Positions 47,958 through 57,618 of a stretch of 64,000 bases of DNA are shown in pieces (the stretch's first letter is position 1; each line of letters opens with the position of its first letter). The translations under genes and the position numbers were made by a program. A model generated the notes under the pieces. The model did no database searches. It was not told the DNA's origin and worked only from the letters and a program-made list of their open reading frames with translations. The stretch is taken from IMG/VR virus record IMGVR_UViG_3300025131_000006; one strand, written 5' to 3'. This DNA is from a virus.

Positions 47958-49226
47958 ATGACCTTTTTCGAAGTTGACATTGATGCGGGGAAAGCCCGTG
48001 CGGACAAATGGACCTCCGATTCGTCTTCCGACGGTGGTGGTGGTGGTGGTGGTGACTTTACCCCCACGATCTGGGTGAAATTGGGCGACGGGCAAACGTT
48101 GGAGATGCGTGTGATGCCTCCGTGGACGGATAAAGGCCCGAATGGTTTGGTTCCGTACTGCGAGAGCTTCACGCATTGGAAGTGCGGCCCGGACGGAAAC
48201 AAACAGTGCATCTGCCCCCGCAAGCTGCGTCGGGCACAGAACGACATCGTGTCCGAGATGTCAGAAGATCGCAAAGCTCGCTTGGGCCTCTCGGACTATG
48301 ACGTCACGCAGGAAGATCCGTGCTATATCTGCGAGGAGTTGGACAAGAAGTTCGCGACAGGAGCCAAAGCTGACAAGGACTTCGCGATGCGTCGCATCGG
48401 AAAGCGCGGCCTCTTGTTTCAAGTGCTGGACCTGCAAGACCCCGTGTGGACCGGCTCTGAGCCGCAACTTTCGGATAAGCCGGAGAAGGCGGAAGAGCTT
48501 CGCGGCAAGCCCAAGATCAAGATGCTTCGGTTGTCGCCGCATAACGGCGGCATGCGTTTGGTCAACATCTTGAACGACCCCGGCACGTATGGTCTCGTGA
48601 CTCACCCGTACGAGGGCACCGGACTCAAGCTCTCTCGCACCGGCTCCGGATTCAACGACACCGAGTACCACGTTGAGCCCCTGCTGCGGGATCTCGCTGT
48701 GGTGCGTGGACCCCTCTTTTCCACGCCTTCGGGTGAGCCCGATAAGGAGCGAATCATCCAAGCGTTGGAGGCGATGGTGGACATCGACTCTCATCCGTTT
48801 TTTCGCTCGGTGAGCTACGAGTACACTCGTGCCATTTGGATGGGTATCGACCCCAAGACCTTGGAGGAAGGCAAGGGCTCCGGTGGCTCTTCCGGTGGCT
48901 CTGGGCATGGTCGTGCCGCATCCCCCGCATCCCCCGATGGCTCCTTCGCTGCGTGGAAAGAGTACGGTGAGCGACACCGTAGTTTGACCGCTTCGGAGCT
49001 TGCCAACGAGAGCGGATGGCAGGAGTCTCAGGTGCCGAAGTGTTACAGCAACCGACCCGATCACAACATCCAAGACTGCCGTGAGTGCCCCATTCGCGGG
49101 TTCTGCGCGGCTCGTCATAAGTCCACTTCGGGCAAGTGGTCCCTGAGTGAGCCCACTCCGTCGGCTCCGTCCGTTCCGATGGGGCGATCGGCACCTCCTC
49201 CGACAGACGAAGACATTCCGTTCTAG
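47958..49226 (+). CDS. gp32-like single-stranded DNA-binding protein with DEDIPF tail
   Basis: MRVMPP...H...CP...CYICE pattern; bacterial SSB-type acidic C-terminus. Confidence 0.75.
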   Translation: MTFFEVDIDAGKARADKWTSDSSSDGGGGGGGDFTPTIWVKLGDGQTLEMRVMPPWTDKGPNGLVPYCESFTHWKCGPDGNKQCICPRKLRRAQNDIVSEMSEDRKARLGLSDYDVTQEDPCYICEELDKKFATGAKADKDFAMRRIGKRGLLFQVLDLQDPVWTGSEPQLSDKPEKAEELRGKPKIKMLRLSPHNGGMRLVNILNDPGTYGLVTHPYEGTGLKLSRTGSGFNDTEYHVEPLLRDLAVVRGPLFSTPSGEPDKERIIQALEAMVDIDSHPFFRSVSYEYTRAIWMGIDPKTLEEGKGSGGSSGGSGHGRAASPASPDGSFAAWKEYGERHRSLTASELANESGWQESQVPKCYSNRPDHNIQDCRECPIRGFCAARHKSTSGKWSLSEPTPSAPSVPMGRSAPPPTDEDIPF

Positions 49227-49253
49227 GTGCGATTGCAACGCTTGAGTTGCTGT

Positions 49254-49284
49254 GGGGAGTGGCCATGTGTCACTCCCCTTTTTT
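49254..49284 (+). terminator. Rho-independent terminator
   Basis: GGGGAGTG...CACTCCCC stem followed by TTTTTT. Confidence 0.75.
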
Positions 49285-49301
49285 GTGTGAGGAGGTGATG
49301 T

Positions 49302-50189
49302 GTGGGAAAAGATGATCCATTGGGGAGAATGAGAAGCCGAGAAGACCTGCTCCCTGCGATCCCAACGGGGGTTTCTTATGGAGAAGATTCAGGAAGCATA
49401 GAAGAGACCGTGCGTCGATTACAAGAGGAGTTGGGTGGCGATGTGGTGTCTAGGGTCTCGGACTTGGCAAAATTGCGTCCTGACGGCTTCTCTACGGGTC
49501 ACGCGGGGCTTGACGCAACCTTGGGGGTGAATGGGTATCCCAGGGGTCGTATTGTTGAGATATTTGGTACGGAAGGGTCGGGCAAGACTACATTGGCCTT
49601 GCATGGCGTCGTCAGTGCTCAGTCGGAGGGCAAGGATGCGGCCTTTGTGGACATGGAACACTCTTTGGATCTGCTTTACGCAGAGCAGGTCGGTGTTCAA
49701 GTCAGCGACTTAGTGTTTTCGCAGCCAGATAACGGGGAGCAGGCTTTGCATGTGGTGGAGTCGATGGCGAGATGCGAGACCGTCGGGGTGGTTGTCTTGG
49801 ACTCCGTCGCAGCGTTGGTGACGCGAGCGGAGTTATCGGGTCGTATTGGGGATGACTTTTCCGGGGAGCAGGCTCGATTGATGAGCCAGGCCATGCGACG
49901 TTTGGCCACAGTGGCGAGCAGGCACTCCACGACGATCTTGTTTTTGAATCAGGTGAGATACAAGACAGGGGTGCTATACGGAGATCCAGAGTTTTCTCCA
50001 GGTGGCGTGGCTTTGAAGCATTATGCGAGTCTGCGTATGCACGTCCGACGTTTATCTACTTGGGAGGAGGCGGGTTCTCCCGTTGGGATAGAGAGCTTGG
50101 TCCGGGTCGTGAAAAATAAGCTTGGACCCCCGACGAGCGAGACCAAGATAAAGATACGTCACAGCGTGGGCGTCTGTTCGACCGAATAA
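49302..50189 (+). CDS. recA: RecA/UvsX recombinase
   Basis: GRIVEIFGTEGSGKTTL, DSVAAL, QARLMSQAMR, NQVR, GGVALKHYAS, VVKNK. Confidence 0.95.
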   Translation: MGKDDPLGRMRSREDLLPAIPTGVSYGEDSGSIEETVRRLQEELGGDVVSRVSDLAKLRPDGFSTGHAGLDATLGVNGYPRGRIVEIFGTEGSGKTTLALHGVVSAQSEGKDAAFVDMEHSLDLLYAEQVGVQVSDLVFSQPDNGEQALHVVESMARCETVGVVVLDSVAALVTRAELSGRIGDDFSGEQARLMSQAMRRLATVASRHSTTILFLNQVRYKTGVLYGDPEFSPGGVALKHYASLRMHVRRLSTWEEAGSPVGIESLVRVVKNKLGPPTSETKIKIRHSVGVCSTE

Positions 50190-50204
50190 GTTCAGTTACT
50201 AAAC
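50190..50204. repeat. palindrome copy 18
   Basis: GTTCAGTTACTAAAC, directly after the recA stop. Confidence 0.85.
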
Positions 50205-50226
50205 TTTTACCAGGAGCCGATACCTG

Positions 50227-53200
50227 ATGAGCAACCGAGTTCTCGTTTTTTCCGACTTGCAAGCACACACGCATCATGCGTACGCAAGGTCATTGCCGAA
50301 TGGCCGGAATACCCGACTCAAGGCAGCGACGGACTGCTTGAAGTATATCATCGACTTTGCAAGGGAGAACCGGATTCGGGATGTGGTCTTCTGCGGGGAT
50401 CTCTTCGAGACCAAGAATCGAATCCCGATGGTTGTTCTCCAAGAAGTGTGCGAATTGATCGTTGATTCGGTGGTTCACGGGTTGCGTTGGTTTATGATCC
50501 CAGGGAACCATGACTATGCAGTGCGTAACGGAGAGGTCCACGCCTTGGCGTTATTGCGTGGGCACGAGGACATTTACATTTTTGATGAGGATTGGTCGCG
50601 TGTTCCATTTCATAACTTTGGGGCATCCTTGGACAGTTCCATGTCCGCACGAGGGGGCGTGCCGACCTTGATCCACACGGTCAAATATGCAGAGAAATTA
50701 CCAGTAGAGGTGTTCGATGTGGAGCCGGACGAGGGCTCTCTGCGGGTATTGTTGGCTCATGGTTATGTGGAGGGCATGTGCGACTTCCCCCACGACTTCC
50801 CGGAAGACGAGATGGCCCAAGACGGGGAGTGGATACGAAGAGCGTGGCTCCGAGGCTTCGACGCGGCTCTGGTGGGTCACTACCACAAGCCAATGGTTGA
50901 GAACATTCACGGGTGCCAGGTTATTGTTCCGGGTTGCCCGTATCAAGAGAAGTCCGACGCTATGGGCCAAGAGCGAGGGTTCTTTGTTTGGGACTTGGAC
51001 AGTCGGGAGGCAACGAAGCATGTGATCCCGGAGAGCGTGGCACCGAGATTTGTGAAAGTGTCCATTGGGGCCGATGGTGTTGTGGAAGAGGAGGTCGCGT
51101 CCAACAGCATTGTATTATTGGAGCCTGCGGTAAGAGGGGTGCCTGCGGATGTGATTAAGCAAGCTCGTCAGAGCCTGATGGCTTCGGGTGCCTCGTACGT
51201 AGAGCCCCTGACGTTGCCACGCACTCCGGTCGTCCGGGTGGAGCGTCCAGCGATCGAGGTCGGCACCCGAAGTACACCGTTGAGTGTGTTAAAGCGTGTC
51301 CTTCGTTCGGATGCTATCGACCTGCGGGGGTGTTCTCTGCGTGAGTTGGAGCGAAAGGCTTCGGCTATTATCGCGGAGCATGGGCTCTTGCGAAAAGGGG
51401 CAAAGGGTGGATCTCCTGTGGTGGAGATGTATTTGAGTGCGCGAGATGCGTTTGCATTCGGTCGGGTTGATGTGGAGTTGACCGACCAGGGCTTGCTTGG
51501 AGTGGGGGGTGTCAACATGGAGACTTCTCAGGCGAGCAGCAATGGTGCGGGGAAGTCCACGCTTCCGGATGTGGTGTCGTTAGTCTTGTTTGGGAAGTCT
51601 CTGCGAAATGTGCGGGCAGATGAAACGATCCGCCGGGGAGCACGATCGTATCGAGGCATGATTCGGTTTGCGACATCCGATGGCAAGCGATACGAGATCT
51701 TTCGTTGCAGAAAAGACAAAGAGTTCGGGGGCGGGCTGTTCTTCCGGAAGGGATGGGGTGAGTACGACTTGGAGGAATTTGAACTTCCAGGAAAAGACGT
51801 CGATATGCGCGGAGGAGAGGGGAAGGAGACGCAGGATCATATCTCAGCGTCGCTCAGTATGGGGTTCGGGTTGTTCCGTGCCTTAGTTCTGTTGGGAGAA
51901 GGTGGAGACTTTCGGTTTGCAGCGTTGGGAGATTCGGCAAAAAAAGATGTCTTGTCAGATATTCTGGGGGTGTCGTTCTATGATGATCTCGCCAAAAACG
52001 CTCGGTCTCTTGCGAACACTCTGAGCGACGAGCAGGACAAATTGGAAGCAGAAGCAGGAGTACTGCTTTCGGAGAAGGAGGACGCAAACCGCGAGTGGCA
52101 TGTCGTGCAAGAGTCATTGGTGCGTTGGGAGAGAAAGCACCTGTATGAGATCCAAGGTGCCGAGGAGACTTTGGTTGCCGCACAAAAGGTTTTGCGACTC
52201 GCAGACGAAAAAATCATTGCACCGGCAGCGGGAAGTTCAGTGACTGAACTGAAAGATACGCGGGTTCGTGTTCTGGAATTCCGGGAATTGCTCGAACAAG
52301 CCAGAGAGGACCATGCAGGTCTCTTGGAGGAAGCGAACGAGAGTGCTCTTGCTTCTCAATCCAAGGTTGTCGGCCTGTTGTCGGATGTTCGATCGGTCGA
52401 GGCCCAATTGAAAGATCGGCGTGACTTGATCGCTCGTGGGAGGTGCGGAGAGTGCGGGCAAATCGTGACGGAAGATGTCTGCGAAGGCAAACTCTCCGAG
52501 TTAGAGGGACGCTTGGCAGAGTTGCAGGAAGATCTCCATGTTGCCAAAGGTCGAAAGTCCAGTTTGTCCGCGATCTACAACGATAGGCTTGTCTCCAGCA
52601 CAGGGGATACCTCAGAATTGGAAGAGACCTTGGGAGGGTTTCGGGCGAGAGTCGAGGAATTGGAGGCCGACGGTTTGTTGATCGCACAGGCGAAAGACCG
52701 GCGTGCTCAAGCTGCTCGCTTGCACGGGATACGCAGAGATGAGGTCGAGCGTTTGAAAGCCGAGGCGAATCCACACACAGGAGAGAGCGAAAGGCTCGTA
52801 GGGAGATCGGCCCGGTTGGTGACCGAGCGGGACATAAAGTTGCGAGAGCAGGCGTCGAAGCACTTGGACATGCTGCACTACAAAGTCCTCGCGGATGCGT
52901 TCGGACCCAAAGGGGCTCGATCAATGCTGTTTGACGAACTGATGCCGCAGTTGAACGATCGTTTGGAGTTATACTCCGACCTTTTTTGCGGGGGGTATAT
53001 TCGAATATCGGTGCAGTCGCAGTCTGAAACTGCCAGGGGAAAGGTGCAAGAGAAGATTGGGCTTGTGGTGGACTTCCCATCCGGTTCGTGTTCTTATGGC
53101 TCATGCAGTGCAGGAGAGAAGAGGCGAGTGGATTTGCCTGTTCTGTTTGCTCTCCAAGACGTCGCTGCTGCTTACGGTGTGGGGTTGGGCTTCTGCTTTT

Positions 53201-53421
53201 TGGACGAAGCGTTCGAGAATGTGGACGCAGCGGGCAAGGTTGGACTGATGGACCTGCTCTCCGAGGTGTCGGGTCGATCGCACACTTCCACGGTCTTTGT
53301 CGTCACTCACGATGAGGACTTGTTGGGATTGTTCGATCCGGTGATGTGGTGTTATCGTGTAGGCGGGCGAACGAGCTTGTTTTTCGGAACATCGACTGCC
53401 CCAACAGAAGTGCCTGCTTGA
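50227..53421 (+). CDS. Mre11(SbcD)-Rad50(SbcC) fusion nuclease/ATPase
   Basis: SDLQ, GDLF, PGNHD, AHG, GHYH; NGAGKS, coiled coil, CGEC Zn hook, CSAGE signature, LDEAFENVD, VVTH. Confidence 0.93.
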   Translation: MSNRVLVFSDLQAHTHHAYARSLPNGRNTRLKAATDCLKYIIDFARENRIRDVVFCGDLFETKNRIPMVVLQEVCELIVDSVVHGLRWFMIPGNHDYAVRNGEVHALALLRGHEDIYIFDEDWSRVPFHNFGASLDSSMSARGGVPTLIHTVKYAEKLPVEVFDVEPDEGSLRVLLAHGYVEGMCDFPHDFPEDEMAQDGEWIRRAWLRGFDAALVGHYHKPMVENIHGCQVIVPGCPYQEKSDAMGQERGFFVWDLDSREATKHVIPESVAPRFVKVSIGADGVVEEEVASNSIVLLEPAVRGVPADVIKQARQSLMASGASYVEPLTLPRTPVVRVERPAIEVGTRSTPLSVLKRVLRSDAIDLRGCSLRELERKASAIIAEHGLLRKGAKGGSPVVEMYLSARDAFAFGRVDVELTDQGLLGVGGVNMETSQASSNGAGKSTLPDVVSLVLFGKSLRNVRADETIRRGARSYRGMIRFATSDGKRYEIFRCRKDKEFGGGLFFRKGWGEYDLEEFELPGKDVDMRGGEGKETQDHISASLSMGFGLFRALVLLGEGGDFRFAALGDSAKKDVLSDILGVSFYDDLAKNARSLANTLSDEQDKLEAEAGVLLSEKEDANREWHVVQESLVRWERKHLYEIQGAEETLVAAQKVLRLADEKIIAPAAGSSVTELKDTRVRVLEFRELLEQAREDHAGLLEEANESALASQSKVVGLLSDVRSVEAQLKDRRDLIARGRCGECGQIVTEDVCEGKLSELEGRLAELQEDLHVAKGRKSSLSAIYNDRLVSSTGDTSELEETLGGFRARVEELEADGLLIAQAKDRRAQAARLHGIRRDEVERLKAEANPHTGESERLVGRSARLVTERDIKLREQASKHLDMLHYKVLADAFGPKGARSMLFDELMPQLNDRLELYSDLFCGGYIRISVQSQSETARGKVQEKIGLVVDFPSGSCSYGSCSAGEKRRVDLPVLFALQDVAAAYGVGLGFCFLDEAFENVDAAGKVGLMDLLSEVSGRSHTSTVFVVTHDEDLLGLFDPVMWCYRVGGRTSLFFGTSTAPTEVPA
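52235..52249. repeat. palindrome copy 19 (intragenic)
   Basis: GTTCAGTGACTGAAC within the Rad50 coiled-coil coding region. Confidence 0.9.
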
Positions 53422-53451
53422 GAACGAGAGCCAAAGGGAGAACGGACGAAG

Positions 53452-53913
53452 ATGGGAATGATCAAAATCACAGACATCCTCTGTATTATGGAAATACCTG
53501 CTCTGACTAAAAAGGGGGATGAGTGGACCTTGCATGGGTCTGACTTCTCAGAGGGTTCGATGGGTCGGGTAGAAGAGGTCTTGGGGCGAACAGGAGGCAA
53601 GACACGTGTTCGCATGATTGTCTTGAAGGGTTCTGTTTTGTACCAGAATACAGCAGAGGACCAGATGGTGTTGGAGAGAAGTGAGGGGGCGGACGGGTAT
53701 CGTCAGTTGGCTCGCGATGCGATGGCTGTACGATCCGAGATGGCTCGCGAGGCTCCTCCTCAGTCGTCGGGCTCATCGTCCGCTCCAGCTACGGGTGCAG
53801 CGGTCCTTCAGAATTTGGGGATGCTGGATCAGCAGGGGAATGTTGTTCCTGATGGCTCCAGGAGAAGTATGGGGGTTATGTCAAAGTCCCAATACAACAA
53901 GGGTCGGCAATAA
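53452..53913 (+). CDS. hypothetical protein
   Basis: 153-aa ORF. Confidence 0.6.
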   Translation: MGMIKITDILCIMEIPALTKKGDEWTLHGSDFSEGSMGRVEEVLGRTGGKTRVRMIVLKGSVLYQNTAEDQMVLERSEGADGYRQLARDAMAVRSEMAREAPPQSSGSSSAPATGAAVLQNLGMLDQQGNVVPDGSRRSMGVMSKSQYNKGRQ

Positions 53914-53969
53914 TTATTCCCTAAGTGGGTTCGTCCGTGGTACTATTTGTTCTTTTTGAGGAGGAGTGA

Positions 53970-54533
53970 ATGGGACTGTTCCGACGATCGTCGCAACCTA
54001 TCGTGCGATTGGATATTCCAATTACGCCGATCCCCAAAGGAAGACCTCGTTTCTCCAGGAGGGGTTCGCGGACATACACACCCGCTCGAACTTTGGATTA
54101 TGAGAAGGCTCTTCGTGCAGAGGTTGTAAAGGGCTTGTCAGACCAGGCGGATGAGTTCCCGGTGTATCCAAAAGGGGTGCATGTTCGAATCATGGTGGAT
54201 TTTATCTTCGAGAGGCCAAAAACGAAGTCTCGAAAGAAAGACCCTGACGGGTTATTGTGGCGTATCGGGAGAGAGGATGGGGATAATCTTGAAAAAGCGG
54301 TCCTCGACGCCCTAAAAGGCGTTCTGTGGCATGATGACAACCAAGTTGTCTCTGTGACATGGCGAAAGATGTACGCACCCAAAAGAACTCCATGCTCTGA
54401 GCATGGAACTTTAATGGGGGAGGCTCGCGGTCCTCGTGTTTGCATATACACGCGGGCTGTGACAGAATGTCCTGTGCAACGCACCTGTAGTTTCGGTGCT
54501 TTACTCCCGTTCGAGGATTATGAAGATGAGTAA
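53970..54533 (+). CDS. rusA: RusA-family Holliday junction resolvase
   Basis: PIPKGRPRF...YTP; DGDNLEKAVLDAL...W.DD.QV. Confidence 0.92.
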   Translation: MGLFRRSSQPIVRLDIPITPIPKGRPRFSRRGSRTYTPARTLDYEKALRAEVVKGLSDQADEFPVYPKGVHVRIMVDFIFERPKTKSRKKDPDGLLWRIGREDGDNLEKAVLDALKGVLWHDDNQVVSVTWRKMYAPKRTPCSEHGTLMGEARGPRVCIYTRAVTECPVQRTCSFGALLPFEDYEDE

Positions 54534-54694
54534 AAAGCAGGAGCCGTCCGCAGACAGACCTGTGATAGTGGAGTCCACTCCTGATCCCGGATACAAGGCC
54601 CCTGCGGGTCCAATGATACCCAAGTGCACCAAGTGTCGTCGTCAACTGACAGACTGTGAGTGCAGTTACAATAGCCTGAAAAAATAGAGACAGG

Positions 54695-56416
54695 TTGATG
54701 AGTGACGCACGTAAAATTATTGCACCTACCCCGGATATTATCGCAGGAGCACGGGATGTCTCCGAGCGTTGGTATCTGAACTTGGCTCTTTGGTCACAGT
54801 ATTCGGGGCTGCGTGTAGACGGTCACCCTTTCTCGTTCGATCGACATCTTTATTTGCTGCCTATCTACATGGATCGCAGCTTGGATATTGTGGTGATGAA
54901 GTCGGCACAGATGGGGCTGACCATTGCGGAGTTGCTTCGCTGTTTTCACCAAGCCCTCCACCACGAGGCATGGGGTTATCCGTACCCAATTAAGATTGGT
55001 TTTTACTTCCCGGACAAGTCGGGTGTTTTGGATGTTGTTCGAGATCGCGTCGAGCCATTGTTGGCGTCGAGCCCTGAGTTACAACCCTACTCGACGCAAC
55101 CGACCAAGCTCTTGAAGCGAATCGGGCCAAGTTCTGTGTACTTTCGGTATATGGCCGGTAAATCGACAAAGGATTCGATTCCGCTGATGTCCTTGTTCTT
55201 CGATGAGGTTCGACTGATGTCGCCTCGTGATGTCTTTCAGGCATACGAACGTGTCTCTGCCGCCGAGATTAAGTACAAGTTTCACGCTTCAACAGCGGGC
55301 GTGCCCGACACCGATATTCATGGTCTCTTCTTGGAGTCAGACCAAAAGTGGTTCTACACGAGATGCACGCGCTGCCAGTACGAGCAGTGCCTGCCTCTGG
55401 AGTTTCCGGACTGTATCGCCGAGCACACGATCGGGACAGAGAAAGGGAAGATATACTACATCTGTAAGAGTTGTCGGCTCCCGCTCGAAGATAATCAACG
55501 GGGTCGGTATATTCCACATGGAGATCCGCTTCACGAGGTCTCCGGCTACCAATTCAGCCAGTTGGTTTCCAAGAAGATTACGGCTCGCGAGATCTGGAGA
55601 ATGTTCCAGACAACGGACAATATCCCGGAGTTCTGGAACGCAAAGCTTGGAATGCCCTATGTGGACGAGGAGAACAGGCCCGTGCACATGGGTGGCTTAG
55701 TTGATAACGAATACCAGAACATCAGCACATTGGCCGAGTGGGGGCAGTACACAGGGCAGACGTATATGGGCGTAGACCAGATGATGAATCTGAACTACGT
55801 GACGATTATCGAGGTGCGAGGAGAAGAGAGGCGTCTTGTCTGGTTCGAGATCATCGAAGACCGAGATCCTTTTGCCCGACTGTACCAACTTATGGAAGAT
55901 TACAGTGTATCTGTGTGTGTGTGTGACAGTGAGCCCAATACAAATGACGCTTTAAAGTTCGCCAGGGCATTCAATCGCCGGGTGTTTCTCGCGAAGTACG
56001 GGTTGTATCCGGACTTAGTCAGGTGGGATGACCATTGGCGGCCCAAGCGGGCTCACAAAAAGGCTGCACAGGAAGAGTTTTACCAATATCGGGTGTTTCT
56101 GGACAAGTACCAAAGTATCGGTCGAACCTTGGAGTGGATTCGTCGGGGTCGAGTGCAGTGGCCGAATCCGGAGAGGCTTGTACAAGAAGCTCTTCCTTTG
56201 GGAGGTGGCGCCAGGATGCCGTATCCTGTGATGAAAACACACGCCTTTCACCATTATTCCAGCCCTATCCGAATCAAGATCATGGAAAACGAGGAAGAGC
56301 AGAGATACAGGTTCGCGTGGAAGTTCACGATGGGAGATCCGCATGCTTTGGATTCTTTGAACTACGCGATCACGGCTTCCTTGAGGCGCCGTTCGATCGC
56401 GGGTTGGTGGTCGTAA
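54695..56416 (+). CDS. terL: terminase large subunit (lambda GpA-like)
   Basis: KSAQMGLT Walker A, FFDEV Walker B, STAG coupling motif, Zn ribbon, MGVDQ and HALDS nuclease residues. Confidence 0.88.
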   Translation: MMSDARKIIAPTPDIIAGARDVSERWYLNLALWSQYSGLRVDGHPFSFDRHLYLLPIYMDRSLDIVVMKSAQMGLTIAELLRCFHQALHHEAWGYPYPIKIGFYFPDKSGVLDVVRDRVEPLLASSPELQPYSTQPTKLLKRIGPSSVYFRYMAGKSTKDSIPLMSLFFDEVRLMSPRDVFQAYERVSAAEIKYKFHASTAGVPDTDIHGLFLESDQKWFYTRCTRCQYEQCLPLEFPDCIAEHTIGTEKGKIYYICKSCRLPLEDNQRGRYIPHGDPLHEVSGYQFSQLVSKKITAREIWRMFQTTDNIPEFWNAKLGMPYVDEENRPVHMGGLVDNEYQNISTLAEWGQYTGQTYMGVDQMMNLNYVTIIEVRGEERRLVWFEIIEDRDPFARLYQLMEDYSVSVCVCDSEPNTNDALKFARAFNRRVFLAKYGLYPDLVRWDDHWRPKRAHKKAAQEEFYQYRVFLDKYQSIGRTLEWIRRGRVQWPNPERLVQEALPLGGGARMPYPVMKTHAFHHYSSPIRIKIMENEEEQRYRFAWKFTMGDPHALDSLNYAITASLRRRSIAGWWS

Positions 56417-56418
56417 AA

Positions 56419-56433
56419 GTTCAGTGACTGAAC
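56419..56433. repeat. palindrome copy 20
   Basis: GTTCAGTGACTGAAC after the terminase stop. Confidence 0.9.
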
Positions 56434-56532
56434 GCGGGAGTTGGGTTCTTGCTATTATCTGGTTCGGCTTATTACACGGCTCAAGCATTACTGACGCGCC
56501 GTATTTTACGCATCCTTTGCTGCGGGCACCCC

Positions 56533-56784
56533 ATGTTTCAAGAGGACATCTTTTCGCACCTTCCGCATGCGGAGACGACGGATTCGACATCGAAGCCTTT
56601 TGGGTTTAGCGAAATTCATCTATTCTGTGGCTCTTGTGGTCACGAGATTCGATTGGATTGTCTGATCTCAGGCACAGCAGACCAGGCGTGGCCTTACGTT
56701 GAAGCTGATCATTTTGCGAACGCCGTGTCTCGCAAGCGAAACAAGAAAGACAGAGAGGAAGGAGAAGCCGATGCCGATTTATGA
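56533..56784 (+). CDS. hypothetical protein
   Basis: Short ORF with CGSC. Confidence 0.4.
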   Translation: MFQEDIFSHLPHAETTDSTSKPFGFSEIHLFCGSCGHEIRLDCLISGTADQAWPYVEADHFANAVSRKRNKKDREEGEADADL

Positions 56785-57064
56785 GAGGTCTCCCGTGGGA
56801 CTCACCGGAGCAGAGTACAATTCGTTCAACGAAGAGACCGGAGAGTCTGTGTTTATCGCGGTGCAGCCGGAGGACGTCTTGGGGCACCTTGCTCGCGGAT
56901 GCACGATCGCTGAGATCCAGAAATCGATTCAAGCTCCCCGCGAGGTCATTGAGCATGTGATCATGCAGATTCCTGTGATGGTTGCATGGAGAGAGCAGCA
57001 GGCCGAGCAAGCGTCGAATGTTCAAAGGTTGCCGGAAGTTTCTTCTGTGCCAATGGGGGAGTAA
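56771..57064 (+). CDS. hypothetical protein
   Basis: AGGAG RBS. Confidence 0.55.
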   Translation: MPIYERSPVGLTGAEYNSFNEETGESVFIAVQPEDVLGHLARGCTIAEIQKSIQAPREVIEHVIMQIPVMVAWREQQAEQASNVQRLPEVSSVPMGE

Positions 57065-57074
57065 CGTGTCTCGC

Positions 57075-57539
57075 ATGGGAATAAGTCAAGCACGGGTCGC
57101 TTTGTTGGGGTCTGGTCCTTCGGAGTGGAGGGAGATGTTGATCCATCAGATCAACAGTACGTATATACGGGAGTATTCATCCGGAGACGATGTCAGCCCG
57201 GTGATGTTTTTGTTACCGACCCATCCTTCTCGGATGGAAAAATTCCCGTCAGATATGGACGATCGGTACCAAGAGGCGATTGTTGGCCAGGAGCAGCTTT
57301 TGGCAGCACGATCTGATTTGGTCGTGTTTGCAAATGACGGGTCTTGGAATCAAACCAAACATCGGCACTTGGATCGATTACTGCGCCAAGTAGGGGGCGT
57401 GATAATCTGGAATCCACCGGGCGTAGAGGACGCACCTCCGTCGGAGACAAAGCCAGGTGTTGTGACGGTTTCCGGTGGAGTTCCGAGCTTGGTGTATACC
57501 ATTTTCTACCTGCTCTTGGTTCAGGCTCGTTCGTCGTAG
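57075..57539 (+). CDS. hypothetical protein
   Basis: ORF in the plus-strand gene run. Confidence 0.55.
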   Translation: MGISQARVALLGSGPSEWREMLIHQINSTYIREYSSGDDVSPVMFLLPTHPSRMEKFPSDMDDRYQEAIVGQEQLLAARSDLVVFANDGSWNQTKHRHLDRLLRQVGGVIIWNPPGVEDAPPSETKPGVVTVSGGVPSLVYTIFYLLLVQARSS

Positions 57540-57618
57540 TTGTTTGGGGCTGTGCTTATATATGGGAGGAAACCAACCATATAGGTGCAATCGATGAAGG
57601 ACGAAAAGAAAAGAGAGA

